Assembly (NCBI GenBank): GCA_039589315.1
Contig: JBDHHQ010000079.1
Coordinates: forward strand, 1-21,425
Origin: Gemmatimonadota bacterium
GTDB taxonomy: Bacteria > Gemmatimonadota > Gemmatimonadetes > Longimicrobiales > Gaopeijiaceae
Direction of reading: 5' to 3'
Length of the DNA stretch: 21,425 nucleotides
Part shown: positions 1-13,125 of the stretch, piece by piece
How the letters are laid out: each line of letters starts with the position of its first letter
Numbering within the stretch: position 1 is the stretch's first letter
Program-made: the position numbers and the translations under genes
Notes under the pieces: model-generated
What the model was told of the DNA's origin: nothing
What the model saw: the letters and a program-made list of their open reading frames with translations, nothing else
Databases searched by the model: none

Positions 1-2
1 TA

Positions 3-1841
3 ATGGCTCACATGCCGTTCGACCAAGCGTCCTACTCGAAGCCGAGGCGAGCTCGCAAGAAGGTCAAGAAGAAGGCGAAGAAGAAGGCGAAGAAGAAGGT
101 CGCCAAGAAGCGTCCGGCCAAGAAGGCTGCGCCGAAGGCCAGGAAGGCCAAGCGGCTCGCGACTGCCAAGAGAGCTTCGGTCCCCACCGACGAGCGACTC
201 AGTGGCGCAACAGGGAAGCCGTGCCTGAGGAGCCCTTGTGGGATCAGAGACCCGGAGATCGACTGGCACGTCTTCGACGCGGTGGTAGAGGAGTGCGAGG
301 CAGGCCTCCGGGGCCAGAAAGAAAGAGCGCCCTGGCCCAGGGTCGGCCAGTACATGATTCTGGCCTATGGTGGAGGCGTTGATTCGACCGCCATGCTGGT
401 TGGCCTGAATCAGCTATGGAAGGACACCAGGGACGAGCGCTGGATCCCCAGGGCTGTCGTCTTCGCCGACGTGGGTGGCGAATCCCAGAAGACCTACAAT
501 ATGTGCAAGCGGGTCGACAGGTGGCTCAAGGAGACGGCGTTCAAGGGAGCCCCGAAGGCTATTCGCCCAGACGGACTGAAGGTCGTCTGCTACGGGACCA
601 CAGGCGCCAAGTGGGGGAGTTGCTACACCCTCGAGCAGAAGATGTTGGTCAATCACACCATGCCTGGGATCTCATTCTCCACCACCAACCATACCTGCAC
701 CATAAACTGGAAGATCAAGCCCCAGAGAGACTGGTTCAAGTTGGTTTCGGGAGCCGATCCCAGCTTGCCGCTCCCTGTGCGCGGAAAAAAAATCCTCAAA
801 GCGATCGGCTACGACGCCACCGAAAACTACCGTAAGGAGAAGGGAAGCACTTACACCGCCAAGGACGAGGAGAAGTTCGGCTACAAGGCGTGGTTCCCGC
901 TCCTGGACTGGGGGTGGAGCCGAGCTCGCTGCATGGCCGAGATCTACCTCGAGTTCGGTGCGGTCCCAAGGAAGAGCTCCTGCTTCTTCTGTGGCGCCAT
1001 GAAGCCCAAGGAGGTGATCATGCTCGCCGAGGACGACCCGGGCCTCTTCGAGCGTGCGGTCTTCATGGAGCTGGTGGCGATCCATGGGCGGCACAGGCCA
1101 CGCTCTCCCCTTCAAGGCCTCAGTCAGGGCATGCGCTGGAGCGAGGCGGCGCTTGGGGACCTCGAATCACCCGGCCTAAGCGGCTCTCCGCTCTGGCGAG
1201 CTCACCTGATCGGTGGCGTGGTGCGCGTGGGCCCCAGCGGGAAGAACACTGCCATCAAGTCGCTCCTGAGAAGCAAGGGGGTCAAGGATAGGCGGGGTCG
1301 CTACGTGGCCTACATCCCTCCTGGGGAGAAGAAGGCGATCCCACTCAACCTCAAGCGCGACCAACGGAGGGAGAAGAACATGGAGCGCGAAGCGGCTGGC
1401 CTCAAACCATTCAAGCCGATTCCTTACTATGAAATGTACGTGCCGCCGCTGAAGATCCCTGGCCTTCCGGCGGGAACGCTGATTTCTCGCTCGAGGTTCA
1501 ACTACCTTGCCAGGCTCGCCAAGAAGTGGATCGCGGAGTCGCCCAAGAAGAAGGGCGGCCGGGACATGAGCGCCAGTCTTTTAGCAAGGAAGGTCCCCGC
1601 GTTCAGCGAAGTGATTGGGTTCAGGGCGCAGAGGCGAGGCGATCCCCCGTTTGTGCTCAACGTGCTTCGCGAGAAGATGGGGACTGACCTTGTCAAGGGG
1701 AGGGACGACCTCTCCTTACGTGCCAGCGAACTGATTGCTCAGGCCCGGGCCTCCAAGGCGGTCAGGAGAAACCCGCTCACGGTCAGCGCTCCAGAGTGGG
1801 TTGACGGGGTCCAGCGAAGTCCATTCGAGGCTGGTCTCTAA
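3..1841 (+). CDS. PP-loop adenine-nucleotide alpha-hydrolase (PAPS reductase/DndC-like family) protein with Lys/Ala-rich N-terminal tail and basic C-terminal extension
   Basis: 612 aa ORF. PP-loop ILAYGGGVDSTAML, then VVFADVGGE, CTINWKIKP, IGYDATE, FPLLDWGWSR and KSSCFFCG, the motif order of phage/MGE PAPS-reductase-like proteins. The ATG overlaps an upstream TAA (TAATG at 1-5). Confidence 0.75.
   Translation: MAHMPFDQASYSKPRRARKKVKKKAKKKAKKKVAKKRPAKKAAPKARKAKRLATAKRASVPTDERLSGATGKPCLRSPCGIRDPEIDWHVFDAVVEECEAGLRGQKERAPWPRVGQYMILAYGGGVDSTAMLVGLNQLWKDTRDERWIPRAVVFADVGGESQKTYNMCKRVDRWLKETAFKGAPKAIRPDGLKVVCYGTTGAKWGSCYTLEQKMLVNHTMPGISFSTTNHTCTINWKIKPQRDWFKLVSGADPSLPLPVRGKKILKAIGYDATENYRKEKGSTYTAKDEEKFGYKAWFPLLDWGWSRARCMAEIYLEFGAVPRKSSCFFCGAMKPKEVIMLAEDDPGLFERAVFMELVAIHGRHRPRSPLQGLSQGMRWSEAALGDLESPGLSGSPLWRAHLIGGVVRVGPSGKNTAIKSLLRSKGVKDRRGRYVAYIPPGEKKAIPLNLKRDQRREKNMEREAAGLKPFKPIPYYEMYVPPLKIPGLPAGTLISRSRFNYLARLAKKWIAESPKKKGGRDMSASLLARKVPAFSEVIGFRAQRRGDPPFVLNVLREKMGTDLVKGRDDLSLRASELIAQARASKAVRRNPLTVSAPEWVDGVQRSPFEAGL
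57..170 (+). repeat. Low-complexity AAGAAG-rich repeat encoding KKVKKKAKKKAKKKVAKK... (histone H1-like tract)
   Basis: Imperfect 12-nt units such as aagaagaaggcg, read directly; Lys/Ala/Arg-rich translation. Confidence 0.8.
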
Positions 1842-1869
1842 GTCCGCTGGCAGCCCTCGGCAAGTGAGT

Positions 1870-1877
1870 TAGGCTGG
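1870..1877 (+). promoter_or_regulatory. Candidate -10 element (TAGGCTGG) just before a start codon lacking a Shine-Dalgarno site
   Basis: TAGGCT fits TAnnnT and lies 9 nt before ATG 1885. The same 8-mer precedes ATG 9002. Confidence 0.3.
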
Positions 1878-1884
1878 GTACTAC

Positions 1885-4736
<2,852 letters not shown>

Positions 4737-4745
4737 GGGTAGTTC

Positions 4746-6464
<1,719 letters not shown>

Positions 6465-6465
6465 C

Positions 6466-7326
6466 GTGACGCTCGTCAGGATCATGGAGACCGGGAGCTA
6501 CACCGGCAACGGGACGAGTCAGTCGGTCACGATTGGCTGGCAGCCCGGCTTCGTGCTTACCTGGTCCAGCAAGTCTGGCGGAAACCCGAACCAGCGCGGT
6601 GCGGCCTTCAAGGCCACCACCATGTCTGGAAGCAACGCGATCCGGGTGCGCCAGGGGACCGCGTTCGCTACGGATTGTGTGACGCTCGACTCGACGGGGT
6701 TCAGCGTTGGTGCCGACGACTCGGTCAACCGGAACGGCGAGGTCTACCACTGGGTCGCCTTGCGAGCTGGGCCGACGTTCGACGTGGCCTCTTACACGGG
6801 CACAGATCCGACCGATCAGGTGTTCACCCTGAACCGCCAGCCGACCTTCCTGTTCCACTTTGACGAGACGGTCCCCCACGTTGGGATCAAGCATCCAGAC
6901 CAAGCTGGAGATGCCTTCTGGGAATACGCGACCTCGGCAGGCGTCCAAAATGGACTGACGATTGCCGCCACAGGATTCACGGCTAGCGCCGACGCAAACA
7001 TCGTTGGTGACGCGCTCAAGTACGCGGCCTTCTACGGCCTTGTCGGGGCAGGCAGGCACTGGGAGACCGGGTCGTACACAGGCGACGGAGCTGCGTCCCA
7101 GGCGATCCTCCTGGGACGCCAGCCCAAGCTCGTCATGATCCAGGCCGCGGACACCAACAACGGAATCTTCAAGACGGACACCATGTCCGGAAACAACGCT
7201 GGCCAGATCGCGTCCAGTACCGACTACATAGCGTCCTTGCTCACGCTCGACGCGACCGGGTTCACGGCGCTCACCGCGATCAACTCCACTGGCGTGAGCT
7301 ATCGCTGGATTGCGGGGTTCTTCTAA
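6466..7326 (+). CDS. Putative virion/fibre structural protein with three SYTG...QP repeats
   Basis: 286 aa, GTG start. Repeats are GSYTGNGTSQSVTIGWQPGFV, ASYTGTDPTDQVFTLNRQPTFL and GSYTGDGAASQAILLGRQPKLV, each followed by a (D/A)xTGF(S/T) motif. Confidence 0.7.
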   Translation: MTLVRIMETGSYTGNGTSQSVTIGWQPGFVLTWSSKSGGNPNQRGAAFKATTMSGSNAIRVRQGTAFATDCVTLDSTGFSVGADDSVNRNGEVYHWVALRAGPTFDVASYTGTDPTDQVFTLNRQPTFLFHFDETVPHVGIKHPDQAGDAFWEYATSAGVQNGLTIAATGFTASADANIVGDALKYAAFYGLVGAGRHWETGSYTGDGAASQAILLGRQPKLVMIQAADTNNGIFKTDTMSGNNAGQIASSTDYIASLLTLDATGFTALTAINSTGVSYRWIAGFF

Positions 7327-7715
7327 TGTTTGCTGACTACCCAATTAAAATGGGCCTCGCTGGACTCGTCGTGAATGGCCTGACGCTGTCCAAGACCGCG
7401 GTCATGACCCTCGAGCTCGCCACCGGCGACGTCACCCCGCAAGAGACCGGGATCACTTCCACTCTCGGCGCCGCCCAGAACCACGTTTTCGTGGCCGACG
7501 CGACCTACCCCAAGCAGGTCTACATGGCGGTGATCGACAACGGGACCACCGTGGACCTGTGGGTTGACGAGTACGTCGACAAGGGAGACGGCGCTACCAT
7601 GCAGGGGGACCCGCCGGCAGGCTACAGGGTCGTTCTTCCGATCGCCTGGTTCACGCTCCCGGCCGGAACCACTGACCTCACCAACGTGGTGATCAACAGG
7701 AGGGTTTACGAGTGA
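7326..7715 (+). CDS. Hypothetical protein (acidic, beta-rich, possibly structural)
   Basis: 129 aa; TAATG overlap with the upstream gene; strong G/C third-position codon bias. Confidence 0.75.
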   Translation: MFADYPIKMGLAGLVVNGLTLSKTAVMTLELATGDVTPQETGITSTLGAAQNHVFVADATYPKQVYMAVIDNGTTVDLWVDEYVDKGDGATMQGDPPAGYRVVLPIAWFTLPAGTTDLTNVVINRRVYE

Positions 7716-8392
7716 CCCAAGTCACCACCGGCAAAGCCGCCCCGATCGACACTCCGAAGTTGCGCAACGACGGCGTCCAGTACTCCGTCCCCAAGCCCTC
7801 GAGCTATGGCACGGAAATGTGCGACCGCGACTTCCGGATCAACACCTCGATCTACAACGGAGCCGACTCCTTCGAGGACCTCAAGGTCAACCCGTCGACC
7901 AGGCTGGAGGAGAACTGGGGCGAAATGGCCCTCAACGGCGTCTACAAGGCCGACGGATCCGCCTGCGCTGACCAGGCTGACGCGGACGCGAACTGCGTCC
8001 TCTCGGTGTGGGACTACTGCGCGCGGCTCCCTGCTGACCAGTCTCTGATCGCATACGAGGTCCGAGACGGCCTGCTCTACGTCGACCCCGGTCTGGCCGC
8101 TGACTGGAGCAACATGACCGAGACCGACAAGTTCGGGCACCGGGCCTATGCAGTGATCGCGCCAGGCATTCCTGGCGCGGCTGGCGGCTCGATCGCAGTC
8201 TTCGACAGCTACCTGGGGGTCGCTCCCAATCGCACGGTCGAGGCCCTGAGTCCTCAGGCGACCGTTCTCGATCCTGCCGGGCCTGGTGGTGACGCGGGTG
8301 TATGCCTGAGGCTGTACATCTTCCACCCAGCCGGCAGCAAGCTCTCGCACGTACTTCGACTGGTAACCTACCGAGCCCCGGGTACATTCTAG
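7712..8392 (+). CDS. Hypothetical protein
   Basis: 226 aa; GTGA overlap with the upstream stop; coding-like codon bias; no motif recognised. Confidence 0.75.
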   Translation: MTQVTTGKAAPIDTPKLRNDGVQYSVPKPSSYGTEMCDRDFRINTSIYNGADSFEDLKVNPSTRLEENWGEMALNGVYKADGSACADQADADANCVLSVWDYCARLPADQSLIAYEVRDGLLYVDPGLAADWSNMTETDKFGHRAYAVIAPGIPGAAGGSIAVFDSYLGVAPNRTVEALSPQATVLDPAGPGGDAGVCLRLYIFHPAGSKLSHVLRLVTYRAPGTF

Positions 8393-8404
8393 GGAGAGGC
8401 GCCC

Positions 8405-8677
8405 ATGATCAGAAACGCCGGAACCGCTGAGTACCAATTCGTTGCCCCGAACTCGCAGGCCGCAGGCCGCGCAGTGTGTCCCTACTGCAGCGGGTGGCAC
8501 CGACGCTCGGACGGGGCGCCGGCCACCGAGGCCTGCGACGCTCGCTACGTTCGCGTTCGCCGAGTGGCGATCTGCGTCAGAGGGAGGCCTACGAGCTTCG
8601 GCGCAGGCGTACGCGTCCCAAACCCGAGTGAGATCAGCGCAGCCATCGACCATGCCATTGGCGTGATCACCGGATAG
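8405..8677 (+). CDS. Small basic protein with putative CCHC zinc site (CPYC-x3-H-x11-C)
   Basis: 90 aa; GGGAGAGG upstream; aligns with the next ORF. Confidence 0.7.
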   Translation: MIRNAGTAEYQFVAPNSQAAGRAVCPYCSGWHRRSDGAPATEACDARYVRVRRVAICVRGRPTSFGAGVRVPNPSEISAAIDHAIGVITG

Positions 8678-8685
8678 GAGCTCCC

Positions 8686-8973
8686 ATGCCAACCAAGGTC
8701 CGCTTCGGCGAGTACGACTTCGTCATCAGACAGAACAAGCGGGGCGCGATCTGCCCCTACTGCAACACCCTCCACAGCAAGGCTGACGGGCGGGCCGTCG
8801 AGGGCAACTGCCTCGGGATCTACGTCCGCAGGCGAAAGGCCGCCTTTATCGTCATGGGGCATGCGAAGGGGCGCGCTGGCGCCGTGAACGGACAGAAGGC
8901 CCTGGCCACCGGCCGGAACTTCGACCGGATCGCGTCGGCGGCCGAAAAGGACTGGTACGACAACTACGCATAG
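8686..8973 (+). CDS. Small basic protein with putative CCHC zinc site, paralog of 8405..8677
   Basis: 95 aa; AGGAG RBS; shares EYxFV...A(V/I)CPYC-x3-H-x3-DG-x6-C-x3-YVR. Confidence 0.75.
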   Translation: MPTKVRFGEYDFVIRQNKRGAICPYCNTLHSKADGRAVEGNCLGIYVRRRKAAFIVMGHAKGRAGAVNGQKALATGRNFDRIASAAEKDWYDNYA

Positions 8974-8989
8974 TGTCGTGCTGCCCCGG

Positions 8990-8997
8990 TAGGCTGG
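8990..8997 (+). promoter_or_regulatory. Candidate -10 element (TAGGCTGG) for a leaderless transcript of the glycosylation cassette
   Basis: TAGGCT lies 6 nt before ATG 9002, with no SD; identical 8-mer at 1870. Confidence 0.35.
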
Positions 8998-9001
8998 CCA
9001 C

Positions 9002-9880
9002 ATGAAGCAGGCGTTCACGGTCACGGTCGAGGGGTTCGCCGCCGGTGCCGACGTCGCCGGCGCAATCAAGAGCCAACTCGAGGTCCACAATGGGACGCCC
9101 TCCTGGAGGGTGACCGTCGAGCCGCAGGGCTCTCCCGAGGAGGACGCGCACGCTGGTCCCCTCGTCTCGATCCTGCTCCCAACCTATAACTACGGCCATC
9201 GGATCGGGCGCATGATTGCCTCGATACGCGCTCAGAGCGTCCAGGACGTCGAGCTGATCGTGGTGGACGACGGCAGCGAAGACGACACGATCGCGCGCGT
9301 GCGTCCGCTCCTGGGCCCAGGGGACCGCCTTCTGCTCCACGGCAAGAACCAGGGTGCGGCGGCTGCGATCAACACGGCGGCTGCTCATGCCACGGGTCGC
9401 TTCATGACCTGGGTTAGCTCCGACAACGAAATGACTCCCGACTGGCTGGAGAAGCTCATTGAGCTCATGACGTCAACGGTGGGAGTGGCCTACGCGAACT
9501 ACGACCGATTCAACGATGAGGGTCCCCAGAAGGGTACTTGGGGCAAGCCTTACGACCCCGCCCGGCTGCTCAACGACGAGAACTGCTACATAGGGCCTGC
9601 ATTCCTGATGCGTGCGGATGTTTGGCGCGAGACGGGCGAGCACCGTGGCCGGACAGCGCACGACTATGACCATTGGCTGAGAACCGAAGAGACCTGTATG
9701 CGGAGAGGGCTGACCTTCGTCTATTGCCCAGACGTGCTTTGCCACTACTACGCAGGCCGCGAGAGGTCCACTGTCACCCGCAAGAGAGAGTACGACGCCC
9801 CGAGCTGGCAGTCAGAGGCCCGGAGTCGCAGGGGTGCCTCCGCACCCGCCTCTCATCATCCCTCCTCGGTTGCCTCGTGA
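9002..9880 (+). CDS. Glycosyltransferase family 2 with a ~50 aa N-terminal extension
   Basis: PLVSILLPTYN, ELIVVDDGSEDDT, NQGAAAAIN, TWVSSDN, HDYDHWLR. Confidence 0.92.
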   Translation: MKQAFTVTVEGFAAGADVAGAIKSQLEVHNGTPSWRVTVEPQGSPEEDAHAGPLVSILLPTYNYGHRIGRMIASIRAQSVQDVELIVVDDGSEDDTIARVRPLLGPGDRLLLHGKNQGAAAAINTAAAHATGRFMTWVSSDNEMTPDWLEKLIELMTSTVGVAYANYDRFNDEGPQKGTWGKPYDPARLLNDENCYIGPAFLMRADVWRETGEHRGRTAHDYDHWLRTEETCMRRGLTFVYCPDVLCHYYAGRERSTVTRKREYDAPSWQSEARSRRGASAPASHHPSSVAS

Positions 9881-10641
9881 AGATCGCTGCCTTCGCCCAA
9901 CTGCACAACGAGCTTGAGAGGGGGAACCTCCACAACTGGTTCCGGTCGGTCGAGGGCTGCGACGTGGTCTACGTCTACGACCAGGCCTCGACGGACGGGA
10001 GCAGGGGGGTCTACGAGAAGCGCGGTGCCAGCGTGATCTACTCGCCGGTCAACGACTTCAACAACGAGCGGGCCTGCCGCGGCGACCTCCTGATCAAGCT
10101 CCTCGAGGAGCACCCTGACGTCGAGTGGATCCTCTGGATGGATGGGGATACCATTCTCGACGGCCGGCTCCAGAAGAACGGCTTCGAGGGCCTGCGTGAA
10201 CTCTGCGCCAAGGGGTCGGCCGACGGCGTCGGCGCCTACCTCCTGGGCCACTACAACCTCTGGCGCAGCGACACCTGGTACCGGACCGACAACCTCTACC
10301 ACTGGCTCCATGGCCAGGGCGTTTGCGCGCTCTGGCGCAACAACGGCCGCCTCGCCTTCGCTCGCAATCCCGGCCTGCACCTTCCCATGGAGCCGGGTGG
10401 CCTGGATCGCAAGCTGCGCGTGGGCTACTCCTTGGTCCACCGCGGTTTCGCCACCGACGACCAGCTCGTATGGAAGCACAAGAACTACAAGGCGCGCGGC
10501 CTCTCCAAGAAGCTGCTATATCGGTTCGTGGACGAGTCCACGCTCCGTGTGGAGAAGGTCCCCCCGGAGGTCCTGCCCGAGTGGTATGAGGTCGTTGACG
10601 GAGGAGCTTCCCCGGTGGGGAAGCCGGCCCTGTCGGTGTGA
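9877..10641 (+). CDS. GT-A fold glycosyltransferase (GT2-like)
   Basis: Start reassigned to GTG 9877 (GTGA overlap). KIAAFAQLHNE, VYVYDQASTDGS, WILWMDGD (DxD), LVHRGF. Confidence 0.82.
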   Translation: MKIAAFAQLHNELERGNLHNWFRSVEGCDVVYVYDQASTDGSRGVYEKRGASVIYSPVNDFNNERACRGDLLIKLLEEHPDVEWILWMDGDTILDGRLQKNGFEGLRELCAKGSADGVGAYLLGHYNLWRSDTWYRTDNLYHWLHGQGVCALWRNNGRLAFARNPGLHLPMEPGGLDRKLRVGYSLVHRGFATDDQLVWKHKNYKARGLSKKLLYRFVDESTLRVEKVPPEVLPEWYEVVDGGASPVGKPALSV

Positions 10642-11273
10642 GTATGGACAGCCTCGCGAAGTACCAGGCCAAAGAGAACTACATCGTGCCCATGACCCCG
10701 GCCCAGCGCGCGGGGCATCTGCACCCGGTCCTCTTCCAAGAGCACGAGGGCATGATCCGGGGCAAGGACGTCTTGGACGTTGGCTGCAACCAGGGCGACC
10801 TGACCTTCTACCTCCACAAGCTCTCCCCCAAGAGCCTCTGCGGCGCAGACGTGAACCCAGCAGCCCTCGAGGCTGCCAAGGCAGCGATTCCCAACGCTCG
10901 CTTCGAGTGCTGCCCGGTCCAGGAAATGCCCTTCGAGGACGACAGCTTCGACACCGTCGTCATGTTCGAGGTCTTCGAGCACCTCTACGAGGAGGACAAG
11001 AAGGCCTCCCTCGCCGAGCTCGCGCGCGTGCTGCGCCCGGGGGGCCTGGTCTTCCTCTCCATGCCCAAGGCCGTGCCTGGATCGAAGGACGAGAAGCTGC
11101 GGCAGAATGCCTACGACCCGCACCACGTCAGCTTCTACTTCAAGGAGGGGGACGTTCACGCCGACTTCGTCGGCTGGGAGTGCCTCAAGCTCTACTTCGA
11201 GAACCGCAGCAACCCGGGCAACAAGTCCCAGAGGCACTGCTCGTGGGTCGGGGTCTACAAGAGTCCCGAGTGA
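10638..11273 (+). CDS. Class I SAM-dependent methyltransferase
   Basis: VLDVGCNQG, MPFEDDSFDTVVMFEVFEHL, ELARVLRPGG. Start is GTG 10638 or ATG 10644. Confidence 0.92.
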   Translation: MSMDSLAKYQAKENYIVPMTPAQRAGHLHPVLFQEHEGMIRGKDVLDVGCNQGDLTFYLHKLSPKSLCGADVNPAALEAAKAAIPNARFECCPVQEMPFEDDSFDTVVMFEVFEHLYEEDKKASLAELARVLRPGGLVFLSMPKAVPGSKDEKLRQNAYDPHHVSFYFKEGDVHADFVGWECLKLYFENRSNPGNKSQRHCSWVGVYKSPE

Positions 11274-12277
11274 AGGTCTTCGTCACCGGGATCTACGCGG
11301 TTGGAAAGACGACACTGGCCAGGTCCATGGCCCAGGAGAGGGGGCTCCCGTATGTGTCATTTGACGCGCTGCTTGAGCAGGAGGCGGGCGCGGGGCTGAG
11401 CGGGGCTGCTGAGCGGGTGCTGGGTCGTCTTCCAGAAGCGTTCGTTTGCGATGCGATACCGTTTGACGTGGTCGAGCCTCTGTTCAGGAGGACGATCTGG
11501 GGGACTTTCGAGCGTTACTGCCTCGAAAGGGAATGTGAGGTGGTCGTCAAGGTGACTGAGAAGTCGACCTGGGAGGCCAGGGACAAGCCTGGCCGGACGT
11601 TCGGCCCCAACGACTGGGAGTCGTTCCACCTAGGTCAGTTACCCGACGTGGCGCACACTCGGTCCAGCAAGAGGTTTTTCGGAGACTCTGGTGAGATCAG
11701 CAGGGATCAGGCCCTGGCCGTCTTGGACTACAAGAACGTGATCAAGAGGCGCGCTGCTGGCGTCGTCTCTGGATACGACTGGAAGTACCAAGACGCCCCT
11801 GAGATCGGCGTGTCTGGATACTCCGAGAGTCACAAGACCTGGGCGAACCTCCAGCCAGCTCTCGTGGCAATAGGGGGCGCGCACGGGAAGTCATTCGTGG
11901 ACGCGGGTGCGAACCATGGGTACTTCAGCTTCCGACTAGAGGAGCAAGGGGCGACGTGTGTTGGCCTGGACGACCACTCGGACGCCTTGGTTACGGCGAA
12001 GGCGCTCGGGTTCCTCAAGGGGTCCGGGGTTCGCCTCGTGGGGTGGAACGCCAAAACGGACGAGTTCCCCCGGTCTGACTGCACCCTGATCCTTAACTCA
12101 CTGCACCATTTCGGCCCGAATTGCCTGGACCGGGTGGCCTCGCGGTGGCTCTTGCTCGAGCTGAACACCGAGGATCTCCCGCACGTCGAGGCCAGGTTCA
12201 GGATCGTCGGTCGTTACCCGTCTCACCGCAGGGCCGGGAAGGTGAGCAGGGAGATTGTTCTTGCCGAGAACGCCTAG
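11270..12277 (+). CDS. Fusion of a P-loop (nucleoside/sugar kinase-like) domain and a class I SAM methyltransferase domain
   Basis: Start reassigned to GTG 11270 (GTGA overlap). N-terminal Walker A in VFVTGIYAVGKTTLA; C-terminal SFVDAGANHGYFSF...CVGLD...LNSLHHF. Confidence 0.8.
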   Translation: MKVFVTGIYAVGKTTLARSMAQERGLPYVSFDALLEQEAGAGLSGAAERVLGRLPEAFVCDAIPFDVVEPLFRRTIWGTFERYCLERECEVVVKVTEKSTWEARDKPGRTFGPNDWESFHLGQLPDVAHTRSSKRFFGDSGEISRDQALAVLDYKNVIKRRAAGVVSGYDWKYQDAPEIGVSGYSESHKTWANLQPALVAIGGAHGKSFVDAGANHGYFSFRLEEQGATCVGLDDHSDALVTAKALGFLKGSGVRLVGWNAKTDEFPRSDCTLILNSLHHFGPNCLDRVASRWLLLELNTEDLPHVEARFRIVGRYPSHRRAGKVSREIVLAENA

Positions 12278-13115
12278 ACAAGCAGCCTTCTTCTGGACTG
12301 GCGAGGCTAGTCCCAGCGCCTCGCGCCAGGCGTTCGGTGGGATCCCGTGGCTCCGAATCCAGTCCCCGGTGACTTTCGCGGCCCAGCACCCGGACTGGAG
12401 GACCATTCTCTACACCGACTGCGATCCGGGAGAGGTTCCTGGCGTGGAGGTCCGGGAGATCAAGAAGCCGGAGGCGGTGAGCGCTGCCACATGGGAGGTC
12501 GCGCATGCCCCCGAGAGGAGCGACCTGTGGCGCTACCACTGGCTGTCCACAGAGGGCGGCGTCTACTCAGACACGGACATTATCTACTACGGGTCCATTG
12601 AGCCGCTAATCCGTGATCTGGACGACAGGGGGTGTGAAAGCGGGATCACGCAGGACTCGGGGTACAGGCCGCACGGCCGGGGATCACTCGCGCTCTCGAT
12701 CGGGGTTCTTAGCTCTCATGCAGGGGGCAGGTTCTTTGGGAGGCTCTTTGAGCACCTTGCGAGGGAGGGCTCGCTGCAGAACGACAACCAGTCGTTCGGA
12801 GTGGTCACGATTCACAGCATGTGGAGCAAGTTCACGAGCGGCATTGAGGTGGGAAACATTCCGGGCCGACTGTTCTACGGGAAGTTTTCCTTCTCGGCTC
12901 GCAGGCATGAGTCTCAGAGAGCGATAGCCTCCGTCTGGAAAGGCGGGGTGCCTCTCTCTCCAGAGGCGGTTGCCCTTCACTGGTTCGGAAGCAGTGAGCA
13001 TTCCGTGAGGGCGGGCGCTGAGGACATAACAAAAGACACGATCTGCATGTATTCCAAGACCCCGGTCGGACTGGCCCTGTCTGCGGGCATGAATGGTGGT
13101 TCCAGGTGCTCATGA
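12261..13115 (+). CDS. DxD glycosyltransferase, GT32/Gly_transf_sug-like
   Basis: AFFW, HPDW, RSDLWRYHWLSTEGGVYSDTDII, ALHWFG. TTG 12261 chosen from GGGAG spacing and the paralog's start; TTG 12255 is the alternative. Confidence 0.85.
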   Translation: MPRTPRQAAFFWTGEASPSASRQAFGGIPWLRIQSPVTFAAQHPDWRTILYTDCDPGEVPGVEVREIKKPEAVSAATWEVAHAPERSDLWRYHWLSTEGGVYSDTDIIYYGSIEPLIRDLDDRGCESGITQDSGYRPHGRGSLALSIGVLSSHAGGRFFGRLFEHLAREGSLQNDNQSFGVVTIHSMWSKFTSGIEVGNIPGRLFYGKFSFSARRHESQRAIASVWKGGVPLSPEAVALHWFGSSEHSVRAGAEDITKDTICMYSKTPVGLALSAGMNGGSRCS

Positions 13116-13125
13116 GGAGGCGAGC

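Noticed and set aside
785..792. A8 homopolymer as a phase-variation or frameshift site
   Set aside because: It reads in frame (GKKI) between conserved motifs; no sensible alternative-frame product is evident.
1762..1776. Basic RRNP motif near the C-terminus of the first ORF as a possible processing signal
   Set aside because: Only one occurrence noticed in the window, so there is nothing to support it.
9673..9876. Upstream extensions in the ORF track for 9673, 13093, 13769 and 17633
   Set aside because: They overlap upstream genes; RBS or GTGA coupling and domain boundaries support starts at 9877, 13126, 13820 and 17795.
10142..11269. N-terminal 376 aa of the 711-aa ORF 10142..12277
   Set aside because: Overlaps two real genes in other frames and reads as low-information Arg/Pro/Ala sequence; the real start is GTG 11270.
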